Source: a virus. From it: a DNA stretch of 64,000 nucleotides. The notes beneath the pieces were generated by a model. That model was not told where the DNA came from, ran no database searches, and saw only the letters and a program-made list of their open reading frames with translations. Of this stretch, positions 1 to 10,783 are shown one piece after another. The translations under genes were made by a program, and so were the position numbers. Position 1 is the stretch's first letter, and each line of letters begins with the position of its first letter. The stretch covers positions 302,064 to 366,063 of the IMG/VR virus record IMGVR_UViG_3300021077_000115; one strand, 5' to 3'.

Positions 1-926
1 GATTTCCTAAATGACAATGAATCAACAATACCACTTGGAAGTATGCTTCTATTGATATCTAGAATGTTTCCATAGATGTCAACAACTGTTCCAACAATTA
101 CTTCTGCTAAATAGTTTGGCTGATCCAAACTCAAACTCATCGTATCAGTACGGCTTCTCTTTCGTTGGAATGGTAATGGTTGAGAAAGATCTTGACCGGC
201 ATAAATCCTCTCTTCCGCTTCATCGTATGTATATCCAAAGCTATCGATGAATTCATAGTACATTTTCCTGCTTTCCGTTAGCGCTGGGTTTCGATTAGCC
301 ACAGCAGAAACGGATGGGAATGTACTTGGATCAAGACCAATTGGCGTGAGAGAGTTGTTGTATGTATGATCTGTTAGAGATGAGCCTGTGACATTTCTTG
401 TACTATCAGAATCTATATCTCGAAGAACTGTACCAGTTACTTCACGGTGTGCTTCTGTAAAGTGCATCTCATTAGCAAACCTAGAGCTCCATATGTCAAG
501 CATCGAATCTGCTTGAGTAAATGATGTTGAATCTCCTTGGACAACACCATCTTGTGGATCTACAATTAGACCAACATCATTTTGTACCAACGTAAGCCAA
601 CGTCCTGGACGAAACTTGGTTGTTGAAATACGACGAATACCATCAGAATCATATAAGCTGGTTGAGTCTGGTTGATCATAGCTAACGAATATCCATTCGT
701 TGCCTTGTCCCATAACCACAAAAATGTTTGTTCCCTTTGCTGGATAACCACAGGAAACCTCTCCTCTAGCACCCATCCATCCAACTGGAAGTTTTATGGG
801 TTGCAAAGTTGGAGAAGAAGCCAATGGCAATTTAACCATCGCAACTTTTCTTTGAATATCAAAACTTTGAATCACTCCACGAATAGGAATTCCGGGAATT
901 GATCCGATACGAGTGTTAGTTCCCAT
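1..926 (-). CDS. Virion/baseplate structural protein. The N-terminal ~308 codons lie in the window and the gene continues past position 1.
   Basis: The ATG at 926..924 overlaps the TAA of the upstream gene (TAATG). I translated the minus frame by hand and found no stop down to position 1 (MGTNTRIGSIPGIPIRGVIQSF...). It sits at the distal end of the tail gene block. Confidence 0.5.
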   Translation of the reverse strand, partial: MGTNTRIGSIPGIPIRGVIQSFDIQRKVAMVKLPLASSPTLQPIKLPVGWMGARGEVSCGYPAKGTNIFVVMGQGNEWIFVSYDQPDSTSLYDSDGIRRISTTKFRPGRWLTLVQNDVGLIVDPQDGVVQGDSTSFTQADSMLDIWSSRFANEMHFTEAHREVTGTVLRDIDSDSTRNVTGSSLTDHTYNNSLTPIGLDPSTFPSVSAVANRNPALTESRKMYYEFIDSFGYTYDEAEERIYAGQDLSQPLPFQRKRSRTDTMSLSLDQPNYLAEVIVGTVVDIYGNILDINRSILPSGIVDSLSFRK

Positions 927-3900
927 TATCCACCCCCAGCTGCATTACGAGCAGCTCCAGCGGCAGCAGCCGCAGTAGCAGCACTTGCCGAACTAGAAGA
1001 ACTTTGAACGGCACCAGCTGCACCACCAGCTCCCGCCCCAGCGCCAGAACTTGCAGCACCAGCAGCGCGAGCTATCGCAACCGAATCGTTAGACAAAACT
1101 GGTATCGGTTTTGAATCTATAAAAACATCAATGACTGTATTGGCTAAAAACAAACTAAAATTCTCTGGTGATAATGTTGAGACGCTACATGTTCTTGCAG
1201 CATAAATAGCCGCAGATGATGGTCCTTGAGTATTGGCAACAGGATCCGCTCCAGTATCAGGAAATACCTGAACTCTAGTTTGATTAGCAGGATCTGTAAA
1301 ATCTACTTGTTCAATTACAATATCGCTAGCGTTGAGTCCAAATGGCTTTGTCTTACCACTACTGCCAGTATTAAATTTCAAAGGACTCAATCCGCTAGAT
1401 GTGTCACCCTCTGGCGAGATAAGCCAATCCTTAACTGTGGTTGCAAATGTAAGCATATCACTATCAAATGAATTACCTGTTATATAATAAACTATCTTAA
1501 CAAAAGGCTTTTGATTTTGGAAAGCTTGTTGGTTTAGACTTCCACTAACATAAAGTAGAATATTACCTAAAATATTCTTGTTTCGTTCACCATAACGTCC
1601 ACTAAGTAAAACCTCCAAAGGATCTGAGTCTGGTGGCAATCTAGTATCATTGCCTTGAGGGGTTTGATATGTTGATATCGAAGAGACGAATGTAAGCGCC
1701 CCAAGTGATTTAGCAGACCCTAACATCTCAAATCTTTCACTGCGGTATTGATCGAAAAACCCCTTGGAACTATACAAAACCTTACCAACGATATCCAACA
1801 TTGTAGGAATATACTCTCCCGGGCTATGACCATAATTAAGCTCAAGAGTTGTTGATAGATTTCCATATGAAAATGAATGACTTACAGATTTTACATAGAA
1901 GAGCAGATTTCTATCCTCAATATAAACAACATCTCCCGGCTGATAATATTCATTATAGCCAACAATTCCAACGCTACCCTGCAGAATATTCTCACGAGCT
2001 TCTAGTAAAGCAGCAACGGCAAATGGAGCACATTGAATGTTTGGATCATTAAAGAATGGTGCTTCTATAGATTTCGGCGCTCGGAATCCATATTGATACC
2101 ACATATCATAATCAACGGCATAGGCAGAGGTTACCGCATTACCATCATTGGAAGTCTGCAATCCTCCAGGGGGATCTATAAAACCTTGCCCAAACAAACC
2201 ATTTACAGATACCATCGTGAATGGTGGTGGGTTTTCAGAAATTGTTAGGCTAACAATTCTATCGGCAGTAAGTATGAATCTCCGACCAGAGCCAGGGCCC
2301 AGGTCATCCTCATCTTCATACTCAATCATATGTTCTAGTATTTGAGGAATTTGAGTTTTACGATTTAGGAAAGGAGCAACAACCGCATTAACAACCTGAT
2401 CGTTCGAATTATTTGCCCCAAGGTCTGGCACAGCATTTACACTAATGCCCTCTTCCAAATTCTTAATGGCCCCCAAAGCTGACTTTAGTAACGATTGGCG
2501 CTGTGAAACAAACTGAGCTATTTGGGTTATTAGAGCAAGTTTACTGGTTTGACTTCTCTGCCCAATGCGCGAAAATTGAGGATCGGAAAATAATTGATCA
2601 AGCGTTGGTGGCTCTGTACCAGTCGCAATTTTAATCCTATTACGAATTACTTCTAATGTACTAGTCTGCAAATCAGGGCTTGGATTGAGCTGAGTAAAGA
2701 AAGCACTTACTTGGGTACTGGCCGTAAACTGTTTAGAATTCTTTACTTGAGTAGAGATTCTCTGTTGATAGCTAGATAAAGATATAAGTAATGAATGAGT
2801 TGGATCCTGATCTTCTGGGTTTGATTGCTGAGAGAATTGTAATAGGTTGGTTCCAGTACCTGTATTCGTCAGGAAGTTGAAACTTCCACCATTGGTCGAG
2901 TTTCCATTAATTAGGCTAACCATATCTTGATCCGTCAACGCTCCAAGTGCTATTGCGCGCAAACGAATATTATCTTCAACGACTTCAATTTGAGTCAACG
3001 TATCTTTCACCTGGTTGAAATATAGACTCTCCAAAAAGTCAGGAAAAACCTTGACGCCATTAGAGTCACGGTCTTTGAACATCTTGTAAAATACAGAGCT
3101 GGGAACTTTATTATAACCCGGTGGTCTTGTTATGATATGGCCCTGACTATTAGCGAAACATTCTAAGCTCAATAGTTTTTTAACCTGACCAATTTGTTCA
3201 CCAATATTGGAGTATTGGCTATTGAATAAATCTATCTTGTTGCCAATTTTTCTCTCAAAGGCCATGATGTCAAAGTTCTTATCATACTGATCATCTACAA
3301 TGAATAGATTCTTGTCCTGATTGGCTCTAACTTGCCAAAACCTACGAGCCGTCATTGCAAACAATCTCTGTCGTAATTGTAGAGCGTCCCTTTGTTTCTG
3401 AGATTGATTTTGGCCTGGATTAGAATCTGTGGCCAAAGGATCTGCATTTACATCATTACCAATAACCGTAATACCCACATCTGGATTATTTACCGAGATG
3501 GTATTCATAAAGTTAGTTTGAGCAGTTTGAATATTTGCTTTCAAAGCTTGAATTTTCTGAGCAAACACAACGCTATCTACAGAAGATGGCACTTTCGCAC
3601 CTTGGAACATATCATTCTGCTGATACAAAAGTAACTGGTCTTGTGTACGCGCCAGCTCATTCAATTGTTGAGTAAGATTTGAATTTTGCGTTGTGATATC
3701 CAGGCGTTGTTGAGCTATAAATTGTTCAGCTGCCTCATTGATAACCAATTGCTTGTGAGGCACAAAATTTCCCCAAACCAGATTGTTTCTCTCAATCTCG
3801 GCAAGTAAGCCTTGAATATATGTTGATGCCGCTGGAAGATTGTTCAAGCCATCACGAGCCCCTAATGAATTTCCATTTTCGATTGCGGCCTTCAAGAAGG

Positions 3901-6052
3901 TATCATAGTTATATGGAACGCCAGTTATCAAAAGAGATATAACATTCATTACATCTTGGCCAGCAAATGGCTTAGCTGTCAATAAAATTGCTCTTTCATG
4001 TTCGGTATTTGATAGGCGATTTGGACGTTGAGTGAATGTTAATGATTGGATTCCCTGCTTCCAGCGATATACTAATCCTTCTGGATCGTGTAATACACTA
4101 CGCCATGAGTCAAAAGAAATCTCCTTTGGAGCATGTGTATATAAAGTTTCTGTTGCTTGGTTTCCTTTGTTCGGTCCGCTTCTAAAAATAAGCATTCCGC
4201 TTTGAAGCAAATCCTTATTTTCCTTCAATAAAGGAGGAATATTTCCGTTTGATGGATTTGTAATTGCAGCTCCAGTAGCGGCATCAAAGCTTACATCAAA
4301 TGGAGTTAGAGGATCATAAATAGACGCATTGAACACATCAGAGGATGGCTTGAAATTAACCATGCTCTTATCAAAATATCCCGTATGATCTTCGCAAGTA
4401 AAGTTGATGTTCCACTTACCATCGCTCCAATTACCAGTAACACCCTGACCTCCCTTACCGACAAGACCAGAGAAAATACAAGGTCCAGTAGGTTGATTGG
4501 TGATATCTTGCCTGAACATGCGCCATAACCAACTCGGCATATCAGGACCAACTACGCTAAGCCTTTCAAGATCGTCATAGGAAGCTCCAACTGGAGCCGA
4601 CATTGAATTTATCGAACTGTTTATGTTCTTGATAATAGTATCAAATTTTTGAGTAATACTAATACCCAATTCATTTTGTTGCTTCTTGAAACCTCCGGGC
4701 ATCCTGGCATCTTCATCAGTCCTGCTTGTCATCCAAATCGTAATCGTATCCATTGGCTGGATGATATATTTGCCATTAAAGAACAAACGCATTCGGTTGC
4801 GCGCATAGTTTGTTTTCAGATTACGAGTCTTCATCTCACGCTGAGAGGTTTCGTGTTGGCTCAATTGTGTAAATATATCAGAAATGATCTGTTCAAACTT
4901 CTTACGCTCAGACGCTGTTAATTGATTATTTTGGCTGATATTTCCACTAGGATTTCCGGCCAAAAATTGTGGTTCAATAGTAACACTTCCAGTTGAAAAT
5001 ACATTAGCGGCAGACGAAAATACTTGACTGATATTTTTAGCGTTACCAATAGAAGATAAAAAGTTGTTTATTCCAGTAGAATATGTGAATAAAATCTCTG
5101 TTCCTTCATCATCTATGATTGCCCTAACGCGCTTTGATAGCACAGTGCCTGGGCTTATCTTGAATGTAATCTGACTGGCTAGACGACCCTGTCTTTCAAG
5201 GGCAAGATCTGATTTGAATTTATCAATCGTCTTCTGAAGCTCATTTTCAACAAATACATAATAGCTTCCTGTCCTCATCGGATTGGTAACATCTGTAATT
5301 GCTTGATCGATATCAGCTTCGGTAATGGTTAGTAAATTATAGGGGTCTTCAAGAGTAAGGCTAGCTTGACCACCACCCCACTCTGTAGAGACTGTGGTTT
5401 TGATTGAGGTAATATTAGTTAGCTCAAATGTTCCAGGCCCCTCTCCGACATCCTTCCCAAAGACGGCATCATAATCATTAGTAGTCCAATTACTAAATGC
5501 TCCTGGCTCAGAATATGAGATAACCTTTCGCAGCGTATCAATAGCTGCTTTTGTGGATGGGCTAAGCCCATTTGATCCTAATGCAGTAAACAGATCATTA
5601 CTAGAATCTATCAAGTCTAATAATGCTGGTGCTAAAAATGTGTTGAATCTTCCAGAATCAAATGTAAGCTGTTCAATCTTTGTTAGCTTTTCATATGCCG
5701 CTAAAATACGGCACTTATTCTGGAACAATCTTTTTGTTGCAGCTATTAATACTCTCTCTTTTTCTTCTAAGACATCTAGTTTTGAGTTATCTACCAAAGT
5801 AGAAAACATTCTCTTTTTAATTACTACATAAAAATCTGGCTGTTGAAATAGAACAGATCTTCTACGAGGCCTTATATCTCTAATAAATCCATCTTCGATA
5901 TAAGTGCGCTCAGCAGACTTATCGAATTTATTAGCATAATCACCTAAACGGCTGTAGGCACCACCAGATACCGTATCCAATGAATGAGAGGTATTTTCGC
6001 CAATTCCAAATTGATCATTAATAATACCGCCAAGGGAAGCTAAAAAACTCAT
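926..6052 (-). CDS. Very large (1708 aa) tail or baseplate structural protein with a Gly/Ala/Ser-rich C-terminal tract.
   Basis: Uninterrupted 5.1-kb ORF whose start abuts the previous gene. The C-terminus is ...AGAASSGAGAGAGGAAGAVQSSSSSASAATAAAAAGAARNAAGGG. It lies downstream of the tape measure gene. Confidence 0.6.
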   Translation of the reverse strand: MSFLASLGGIINDQFGIGENTSHSLDTVSGGAYSRLGDYANKFDKSAERTYIEDGFIRDIRPRRRSVLFQQPDFYVVIKKRMFSTLVDNSKLDVLEEKERVLIAATKRLFQNKCRILAAYEKLTKIEQLTFDSGRFNTFLAPALLDLIDSSNDLFTALGSNGLSPSTKAAIDTLRKVISYSEPGAFSNWTTNDYDAVFGKDVGEGPGTFELTNITSIKTTVSTEWGGGQASLTLEDPYNLLTITEADIDQAITDVTNPMRTGSYYVFVENELQKTIDKFKSDLALERQGRLASQITFKISPGTVLSKRVRAIIDDEGTEILFTYSTGINNFLSSIGNAKNISQVFSSAANVFSTGSVTIEPQFLAGNPSGNISQNNQLTASERKKFEQIISDIFTQLSQHETSQREMKTRNLKTNYARNRMRLFFNGKYIIQPMDTITIWMTSRTDEDARMPGGFKKQQNELGISITQKFDTIIKNINSSINSMSAPVGASYDDLERLSVVGPDMPSWLWRMFRQDITNQPTGPCIFSGLVGKGGQGVTGNWSDGKWNINFTCEDHTGYFDKSMVNFKPSSDVFNASIYDPLTPFDVSFDAATGAAITNPSNGNIPPLLKENKDLLQSGMLIFRSGPNKGNQATETLYTHAPKEISFDSWRSVLHDPEGLVYRWKQGIQSLTFTQRPNRLSNTEHERAILLTAKPFAGQDVMNVISLLITGVPYNYDTFLKAAIENGNSLGARDGLNNLPAASTYIQGLLAEIERNNLVWGNFVPHKQLVINEAAEQFIAQQRLDITTQNSNLTQQLNELARTQDQLLLYQQNDMFQGAKVPSSVDSVVFAQKIQALKANIQTAQTNFMNTISVNNPDVGITVIGNDVNADPLATDSNPGQNQSQKQRDALQLRQRLFAMTARRFWQVRANQDKNLFIVDDQYDKNFDIMAFERKIGNKIDLFNSQYSNIGEQIGQVKKLLSLECFANSQGHIITRPPGYNKVPSSVFYKMFKDRDSNGVKVFPDFLESLYFNQVKDTLTQIEVVEDNIRLRAIALGALTDQDMVSLINGNSTNGGSFNFLTNTGTGTNLLQFSQQSNPEDQDPTHSLLISLSSYQQRISTQVKNSKQFTASTQVSAFFTQLNPSPDLQTSTLEVIRNRIKIATGTEPPTLDQLFSDPQFSRIGQRSQTSKLALITQIAQFVSQRQSLLKSALGAIKNLEEGISVNAVPDLGANNSNDQVVNAVVAPFLNRKTQIPQILEHMIEYEDEDDLGPGSGRRFILTADRIVSLTISENPPPFTMVSVNGLFGQGFIDPPGGLQTSNDGNAVTSAYAVDYDMWYQYGFRAPKSIEAPFFNDPNIQCAPFAVAALLEARENILQGSVGIVGYNEYYQPGDVVYIEDRNLLFYVKSVSHSFSYGNLSTTLELNYGHSPGEYIPTMLDIVGKVLYSSKGFFDQYRSERFEMLGSAKSLGALTFVSSISTYQTPQGNDTRLPPDSDPLEVLLSGRYGERNKNILGNILLYVSGSLNQQAFQNQKPFVKIVYYITGNSFDSDMLTFATTVKDWLISPEGDTSSGLSPLKFNTGSSGKTKPFGLNASDIVIEQVDFTDPANQTRVQVFPDTGADPVANTQGPSSAAIYAARTCSVSTLSPENFSLFLANTVIDVFIDSKPIPVLSNDSVAIARAAGAASSGAGAGAGGAAGAVQSSSSSASAATAAAAAGAARNAAGGG

Positions 6053-6065
6053 AAATTACCATATA

Positions 6066-7022
6066 TCACAGTGGACGAGAACTCTGCAAAGCGCTGTCAA
6101 GAGAGCGTATCGAAGTGGTGAAGATTGCCTGTTGAGAAGGGCTAACACTTCTCTTTGGAGTTTGGGACATCAGTGTTGAAAAAGAATAAGGGGTACCAAA
6201 CGATGGATCTGAATTAGATGGGCCATTAACAGCGCTGCGATGCCAAGGCATGAAATTCAAACGAAGACCTCGCTTCTGCGTTACCGTAAACTCCAAGGTA
6301 TAATCAAATTGCCCAAGCTTATCAGCTGATTCATTGACTGTCATCGAAGTGAAATAACCTCGGAATACCCAGCCCGACCAATACATCTCAGTTTGAAAGG
6401 CAATAGACGCTAATGTTGGGCGTGGCTGCAAAGGATCTACATTTCCAGTTTTGATAACATTATTTACCTGACTGAACAGCGAATTAACACCAGATCCAAC
6501 AGCGTTTCCGATTCCACCGAGTAATGTTCCAGATCCTTTGATACCACTAAACACGCCGTTACTCAAAGATGCTTGGTCTTTAGCAGCCTCTGCAGCTAGA
6601 GCTATAGGATCAAATGCAACTTGTTCGTTGCGATAGATATCATAGATAACATTGATACCTTCTACGCCAGAAGAACCAGTTGTTCCAGAGATTGAAACCT
6701 TACCAAGTTCTTCTCCCCAATATTGAACCATGTATCCACCACGAGTTCTAATTGGTGCACCAATATGTTTTGTATCTGTATATTTGATACTTTGTGGATT
6801 GATATACATCTCCACGATACCAAGCTCTGGCAAAAACCAACGAACCATATTCCTGGTAGCATTGGCTAGACGATAGTTTGGAATTTGAGCTTGACGAATT
6901 TGGCTTCCACTCGGAGACGGAAGAGAAGCTAAACTGGGATCCGCAGAATTTCCGGCCACTGCACCTTGAGCTGTATGAAATGATTGGGAAGCTAGATCTG
7001 TAATTGAATCCAATATAGACAT
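6066..7022 (-). CDS. Tail or baseplate protein (318 aa).
   Basis: Start ATG is preceded by ggaAGGAGataaaATG, and its start region abuts the TAA of the tape measure gene. Confidence 0.55.
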   Translation of the reverse strand: MSILDSITDLASQSFHTAQGAVAGNSADPSLASLPSPSGSQIRQAQIPNYRLANATRNMVRWFLPELGIVEMYINPQSIKYTDTKHIGAPIRTRGGYMVQYWGEELGKVSISGTTGSSGVEGINVIYDIYRNEQVAFDPIALAAEAAKDQASLSNGVFSGIKGSGTLLGGIGNAVGSGVNSLFSQVNNVIKTGNVDPLQPRPTLASIAFQTEMYWSGWVFRGYFTSMTVNESADKLGQFDYTLEFTVTQKRGLRLNFMPWHRSAVNGPSNSDPSFGTPYSFSTLMSQTPKRSVSPSQQAIFTTSIRSLDSALQSSRPL

Positions 7023-7023
7023 T

Positions 7024-9096
7024 TTATCTCCTTCCGGTTGCTCGCTGTCTATTCAGCGCCTCATCTTCTTGTTGTATTTGAACCTTAATCATTTCATTGA
7101 ATACCTTATGGTCTCCTAAATCAATAGCTAGGTTTACATTCATATCCTTAAAACTATGCTCAACACCTGAGGGGTTTGTTGTTGCATTATCGCCAAGCGT
7201 TGGTACTGTCGGCAACGTTATCTTGTGTACATCTGGGAGAGATGGAAGACCAAGATCTGACCGATGTCCTGGGGCTATATTAGAAACTCCGGCTTCTGCC
7301 CCTGGAGGTGGCTGATGTATCATTGTATTCTGTGTCGGTGAGGTTGCAGCAGCGTGTTTGCCACCAGATAACATAGAAAAGAAATCGTTCTTAATGCCTT
7401 CTCCAGCCCCAGCCTTTACATTGAAAGCATTCCCCATCATCTCTCCCCAGTCTGGGTTTTGCTGTTGACTGCGTTCTTTACCATGGGAAAGCATCTCAAC
7501 TCCGGCATGCATTGCACCGCCTCTATTATCTCTAATACTAGAAAGCCCCATATTTTCAGCGATTGCTCCTAAGTACTTATCGACCTCTTTGAACTCAGTA
7601 TTATAAAACTTATCCTGTCTCAGACGAGCAACTTCCAATGTCTGATGAATTTTCATCATTGTAGTTTGCGTTTGCTCTTGAAGGCTAGCTCCCTTTCCAA
7701 GCTGTCTTTCTAGCGCCAATCCCTTTTCACCTTCAGCGGCACCTGGCTTCAACATATCCATTACACCAGTCTTCATGGCCTCTAAAATTCTATAAGCTTC
7801 CTCATCATTCTTAGCAATACCAGCAACACCAGTTAGATATTGCATTTGCTTATACAACTCTCCAGCAAGAGCCGGATTATCAACGGCATCTTTCCTGGTA
7901 AGAACTGGTCCTCCAAATTGGCTTTGCATTGCCGTCATTGTCTTCTTTACTACCTCATCCATGTGTCCAGTCGCAATAAGCTCATCAATTTGAAACTTAC
8001 CAGCCAAGCCACCAGGGCCTCCAGTAGCTCCTGATATAAAGGCCTTCTTGGCTGTATCCATTTTTTCTATACCTTCACCAACACTAGTAATTACTTCCTT
8101 CATAGCCTCTGGGCTAATCTTACTGTCTGCGAATGCCCTATCAAACGCATTTACAAAATTAGTAGTTGCATTGGTGTTGTCGCCTAACATCTTGAAGCTA
8201 CCAGCAATGTTTAATACTGTCTGATTGAAACTCTCCATTCGGAGCTTAGAATCACCAGCTTTGTCGTGCATGTATGCCAGTGCCTCAGTGGCATCTTTCT
8301 CACTAGTGCCAAGGCGCGTATACATATCAGCTACTTGTTTTGCTGCCTCTAGCTCATTCATTTTGGCAGCGGCTGCCATTTGTGACACTCTTACAGTTTG
8401 TTCAGTATCACTCAATGATCCCGGAATTGAAGAAAGGGCTTTATTCAATTCCATTATAGAAGCAACTGTGTGCCCAGTTTCAGAAGCCGCCTTGATAGAC
8501 ATGTTTACGTAGCCCATATAAGCTTCGCTCATATCTTTGAATCTTTCACCCGATTGATCGGTAACGTCAGCAGCTCGTCCTTGAGCTAGAGACATACTAA
8601 TCAATTCTCTTTCCAAGCTAATTACTCGATCTCTCCCTTCCAAAACAGCATTTGAAAAGTTCATTATCTTGGAGTTGCTTCCGAATATATTATTCAATAC
8701 TGGCGAAATACTCTTGAAGGCCGTTGTGATTTTTTCTCCAGCTTCTAAGCCAGATTCTCCCAACTTACCCATTCCAGTAATGTTTTTATCAATTACCCCA
8801 AGCAAATCAAAGGTTCCCTCCATTACCCCAAGCAAATCAAAGGTTCCCTCCTTTACTTTCTGCCCAACAGATGTAAGAGACGTAAAACTGCTGAATAAAT
8901 TTTGAGCGGCTTCTGCTAGCTGATGTATATGATCAGCGCCTTCTTTCCCTACATTTTTGAGTATGTCTGAAAATTTTACTGTAACTCCAGACAGGCCCTC
9001 GAATCTCTTGGCAAATTCACTCACAGCCTCCAAGGTCTTTCCCCCAAGAGCTTCAGCGAACTTTTTTAGATTCTCAAGAGAAATTGTTTCATCCAT
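7024..9096 (-). CDS. Putative tail tape measure protein (690 aa, alpha-helical, low complexity) carrying an in-frame 10-aa tandem duplication.
   Basis: It sits directly after the chaperone pair, which is the canonical position. The protein contains the duplicated peptide EGTFDLLGVM/EGTFDLLGVI. Its start is coupled to the previous stop as TAATG at 9094-9098. Confidence 0.5.
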   Translation of the reverse strand: MDETISLENLKKFAEALGGKTLEAVSEFAKRFEGLSGVTVKFSDILKNVGKEGADHIHQLAEAAQNLFSSFTSLTSVGQKVKEGTFDLLGVMEGTFDLLGVIDKNITGMGKLGESGLEAGEKITTAFKSISPVLNNIFGSNSKIMNFSNAVLEGRDRVISLERELISMSLAQGRAADVTDQSGERFKDMSEAYMGYVNMSIKAASETGHTVASIMELNKALSSIPGSLSDTEQTVRVSQMAAAAKMNELEAAKQVADMYTRLGTSEKDATEALAYMHDKAGDSKLRMESFNQTVLNIAGSFKMLGDNTNATTNFVNAFDRAFADSKISPEAMKEVITSVGEGIEKMDTAKKAFISGATGGPGGLAGKFQIDELIATGHMDEVVKKTMTAMQSQFGGPVLTRKDAVDNPALAGELYKQMQYLTGVAGIAKNDEEAYRILEAMKTGVMDMLKPGAAEGEKGLALERQLGKGASLQEQTQTTMMKIHQTLEVARLRQDKFYNTEFKEVDKYLGAIAENMGLSSIRDNRGGAMHAGVEMLSHGKERSQQQNPDWGEMMGNAFNVKAGAGEGIKNDFFSMLSGGKHAAATSPTQNTMIHQPPPGAEAGVSNIAPGHRSDLGLPSLPDVHKITLPTVPTLGDNATTNPSGVEHSFKDMNVNLAIDLGDHKVFNEMIKVQIQQEDEALNRQRATGRR
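8792..8851 (-). repeat. Exact 30-bp in-frame tandem duplication in the tape-measure-like gene.
   Basis: ATTACCCCAAGCAAATCAAAGGTTCCCTCC occurs twice back to back. It encodes EGTFDLLGVM/EGTFDLLGVI. Confidence 0.9.
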
Positions 9097-9500
9097 TAAC
9101 TAACCACCTTGCGCTTCTTGCGTTTTTTCTTCCCAACTTTATTGGACTCAAGAATTTGTTCACGAACCTTCTTGCTGGTTTCATCCAAATTCGTGGCCTG
9201 CACATTTGGATTCTCCTGACGGATCATTCCTTGAGCCATTTCAAGATTGGAGAAAGATCCAATAAGAATAGCCTGGTTTCTTAGCTTCTGAGCCTCTAGC
9301 TCTTGATCATGAAGCCAACTTTCATATAACCATACCTTTAAATATGCGTTAATATCCTCATAGAAAGGATCATCTGGCAACTTATGAAACAATTTCATTA
9401 GATATCTAATGAATTGATGCTCAGGTGTCCTGACCACTTTTGGAGATGGTTTCCGCCACCTCCTTCGCCTCTTCAACGGTCTTTGGAATATAACCGTCAT
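9096..9500 (-). CDS. Downstream (T-like) part of the tail assembly chaperone pair, probably expressed as a frameshift fusion; lysine-rich C-terminus.
   Basis: It overlaps the upstream ORF by 80 nt in another frame and has no SD of its own. It lies between the tube and tape-measure genes. Its DNA contains an A6 run (gggaagaaaaaacgcaag). Confidence 0.45.
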   Translation of the reverse strand: MTVIFQRPLKRRRRWRKPSPKVVRTPEHQFIRYLMKLFHKLPDDPFYEDINAYLKVWLYESWLHDQELEAQKLRNQAILIGSFSNLEMAQGMIRQENPNVQATNLDETSKKVREQILESNKVGKKKRKKRKVVS

Positions 9501-10080
9501 AGGTTTCTTGAGTTAAGGCTTCATAGTTGTTGAATAAATGGCTTATAAGCGCATGATCCATTTCATCAATCAGATCTTTACGAGCTAGTACTTGCTCCTC
9601 ATATGGAGAATTAGATGTACCAAGAATAATATCTATTGATTGATTATCTATCAAAAACAAAGAGTGCGACAGTGCTTCAACCCTAATTTTTGATAGGCTT
9701 GTTGGCGCGAATATCAATCGACCTTCCGAAGTTGTCAAACGCTCTGATTGTTCAACGACCTGAGCTAAGCAATTCTGCTCAAACGTCTTGAGCGTTCTCA
9801 AGCTGAAAACAACTGTGCCATTAGATGTGTCGATAGGAACATCTCTAGTCTTTCTCCCAAGTCCAGTAATAATATCTATACGACGCCTGGCATCACCAAG
9901 ACTCTTATTATCAATCTGTTCCTGATGCTCCTGGGCCTGCCTGCGTAATGTGCTGGCTAGCTCTGGAGTCATCTGAGCTGGTGGCGGCACTTGAGTTTCT
10001 TTGTCGTTTGAAACTACAAACCGCCTCTGTCCCGTTCCAGCGAAATTACTCTCACCAATTGTGCTGCTAATTCTACTCAT
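9421..10080 (-). CDS. Upstream (G-like) tail assembly chaperone.
   Basis: 219-aa ORF immediately after the tube gene. Its 3' end overlaps ORF 9096..9500. Confidence 0.5.
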   Translation of the reverse strand: MSRISSTIGESNFAGTGQRRFVVSNDKETQVPPPAQMTPELASTLRRQAQEHQEQIDNKSLGDARRRIDIITGLGRKTRDVPIDTSNGTVVFSLRTLKTFEQNCLAQVVEQSERLTTSEGRLIFAPTSLSKIRVEALSHSLFLIDNQSIDIILGTSNSPYEEQVLARKDLIDEMDHALISHLFNNYEALTQETYDGYIPKTVEEAKEVAETISKSGQDT

Positions 10081-10118
10081 AGATCACTCCTGTACAGCAC
10101 TATATATCAGGAATTTGA

Positions 10119-10769
10119 TTATGGAAGGATGTTATCAACCACATTAATCAAACCTGCTGCATCAAGAGAGCCACGGCGCTTTCCAAGATCTGTCTGCCTT
10201 TCAAATGCATCATTATCAATGATGGGAATCTGACGAGCATTTGGAGCAGGAACAACGTTCTGGCCTTGACCGAGATATGAATAAATATGCTCAGCTACCC
10301 AACCCATCGTTTCAGAAATAACATAATCAGAAACCTGATATGTAACTCCTAAGTTACGAATCCAAACATTCTTGATAACAGTGGTTATTACGTTATCTGA
10401 GCCATTGAATCCATCAGCATCGCTTTCGTCTGCTGCAAAAATATCCAGAATGACAATATCAAAAGGAATACGCTGAGAAGCGGCATGAATAAAGCCACGC
10501 GAAAATGCGGAAGCCATCCTCAAATTGTCGAATCTAACACGAGTGCAATCACCAGAAATATCAGTTGACTTCTGAGGAACTGAATCGATGTGGCCATCAG
10601 TTCCGACCTCATCTATCATATGAATGTTTCGGTCTTCCTTGTAGGATATGCTCTGGATAGCGCCGATTGGATTACCATCGACTTGAATAATGATCTCAGT
10701 TGAAACGCCCGTGCGGGTAACGTTACGACCTGCATCTGTAAGAATTGAACCAGTATGTGGATATACCAT
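10119..10769 (-). CDS. Putative tail tube protein (216 aa).
   Basis: It follows the sheath-like gene with a 14-nt gap, and its size and position are typical of a myovirus tube protein. Confidence 0.45.
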   Translation of the reverse strand: MVYPHTGSILTDAGRNVTRTGVSTEIIIQVDGNPIGAIQSISYKEDRNIHMIDEVGTDGHIDSVPQKSTDISGDCTRVRFDNLRMASAFSRGFIHAASQRIPFDIVILDIFAADESDADGFNGSDNVITTVIKNVWIRNLGVTYQVSDYVISETMGWVAEHIYSYLGQGQNVVPAPNARQIPIIDNDAFERQTDLGKRRGSLDAAGLINVVDNILP

Positions 10770-10783
10770 TTATCACCTTTAAT

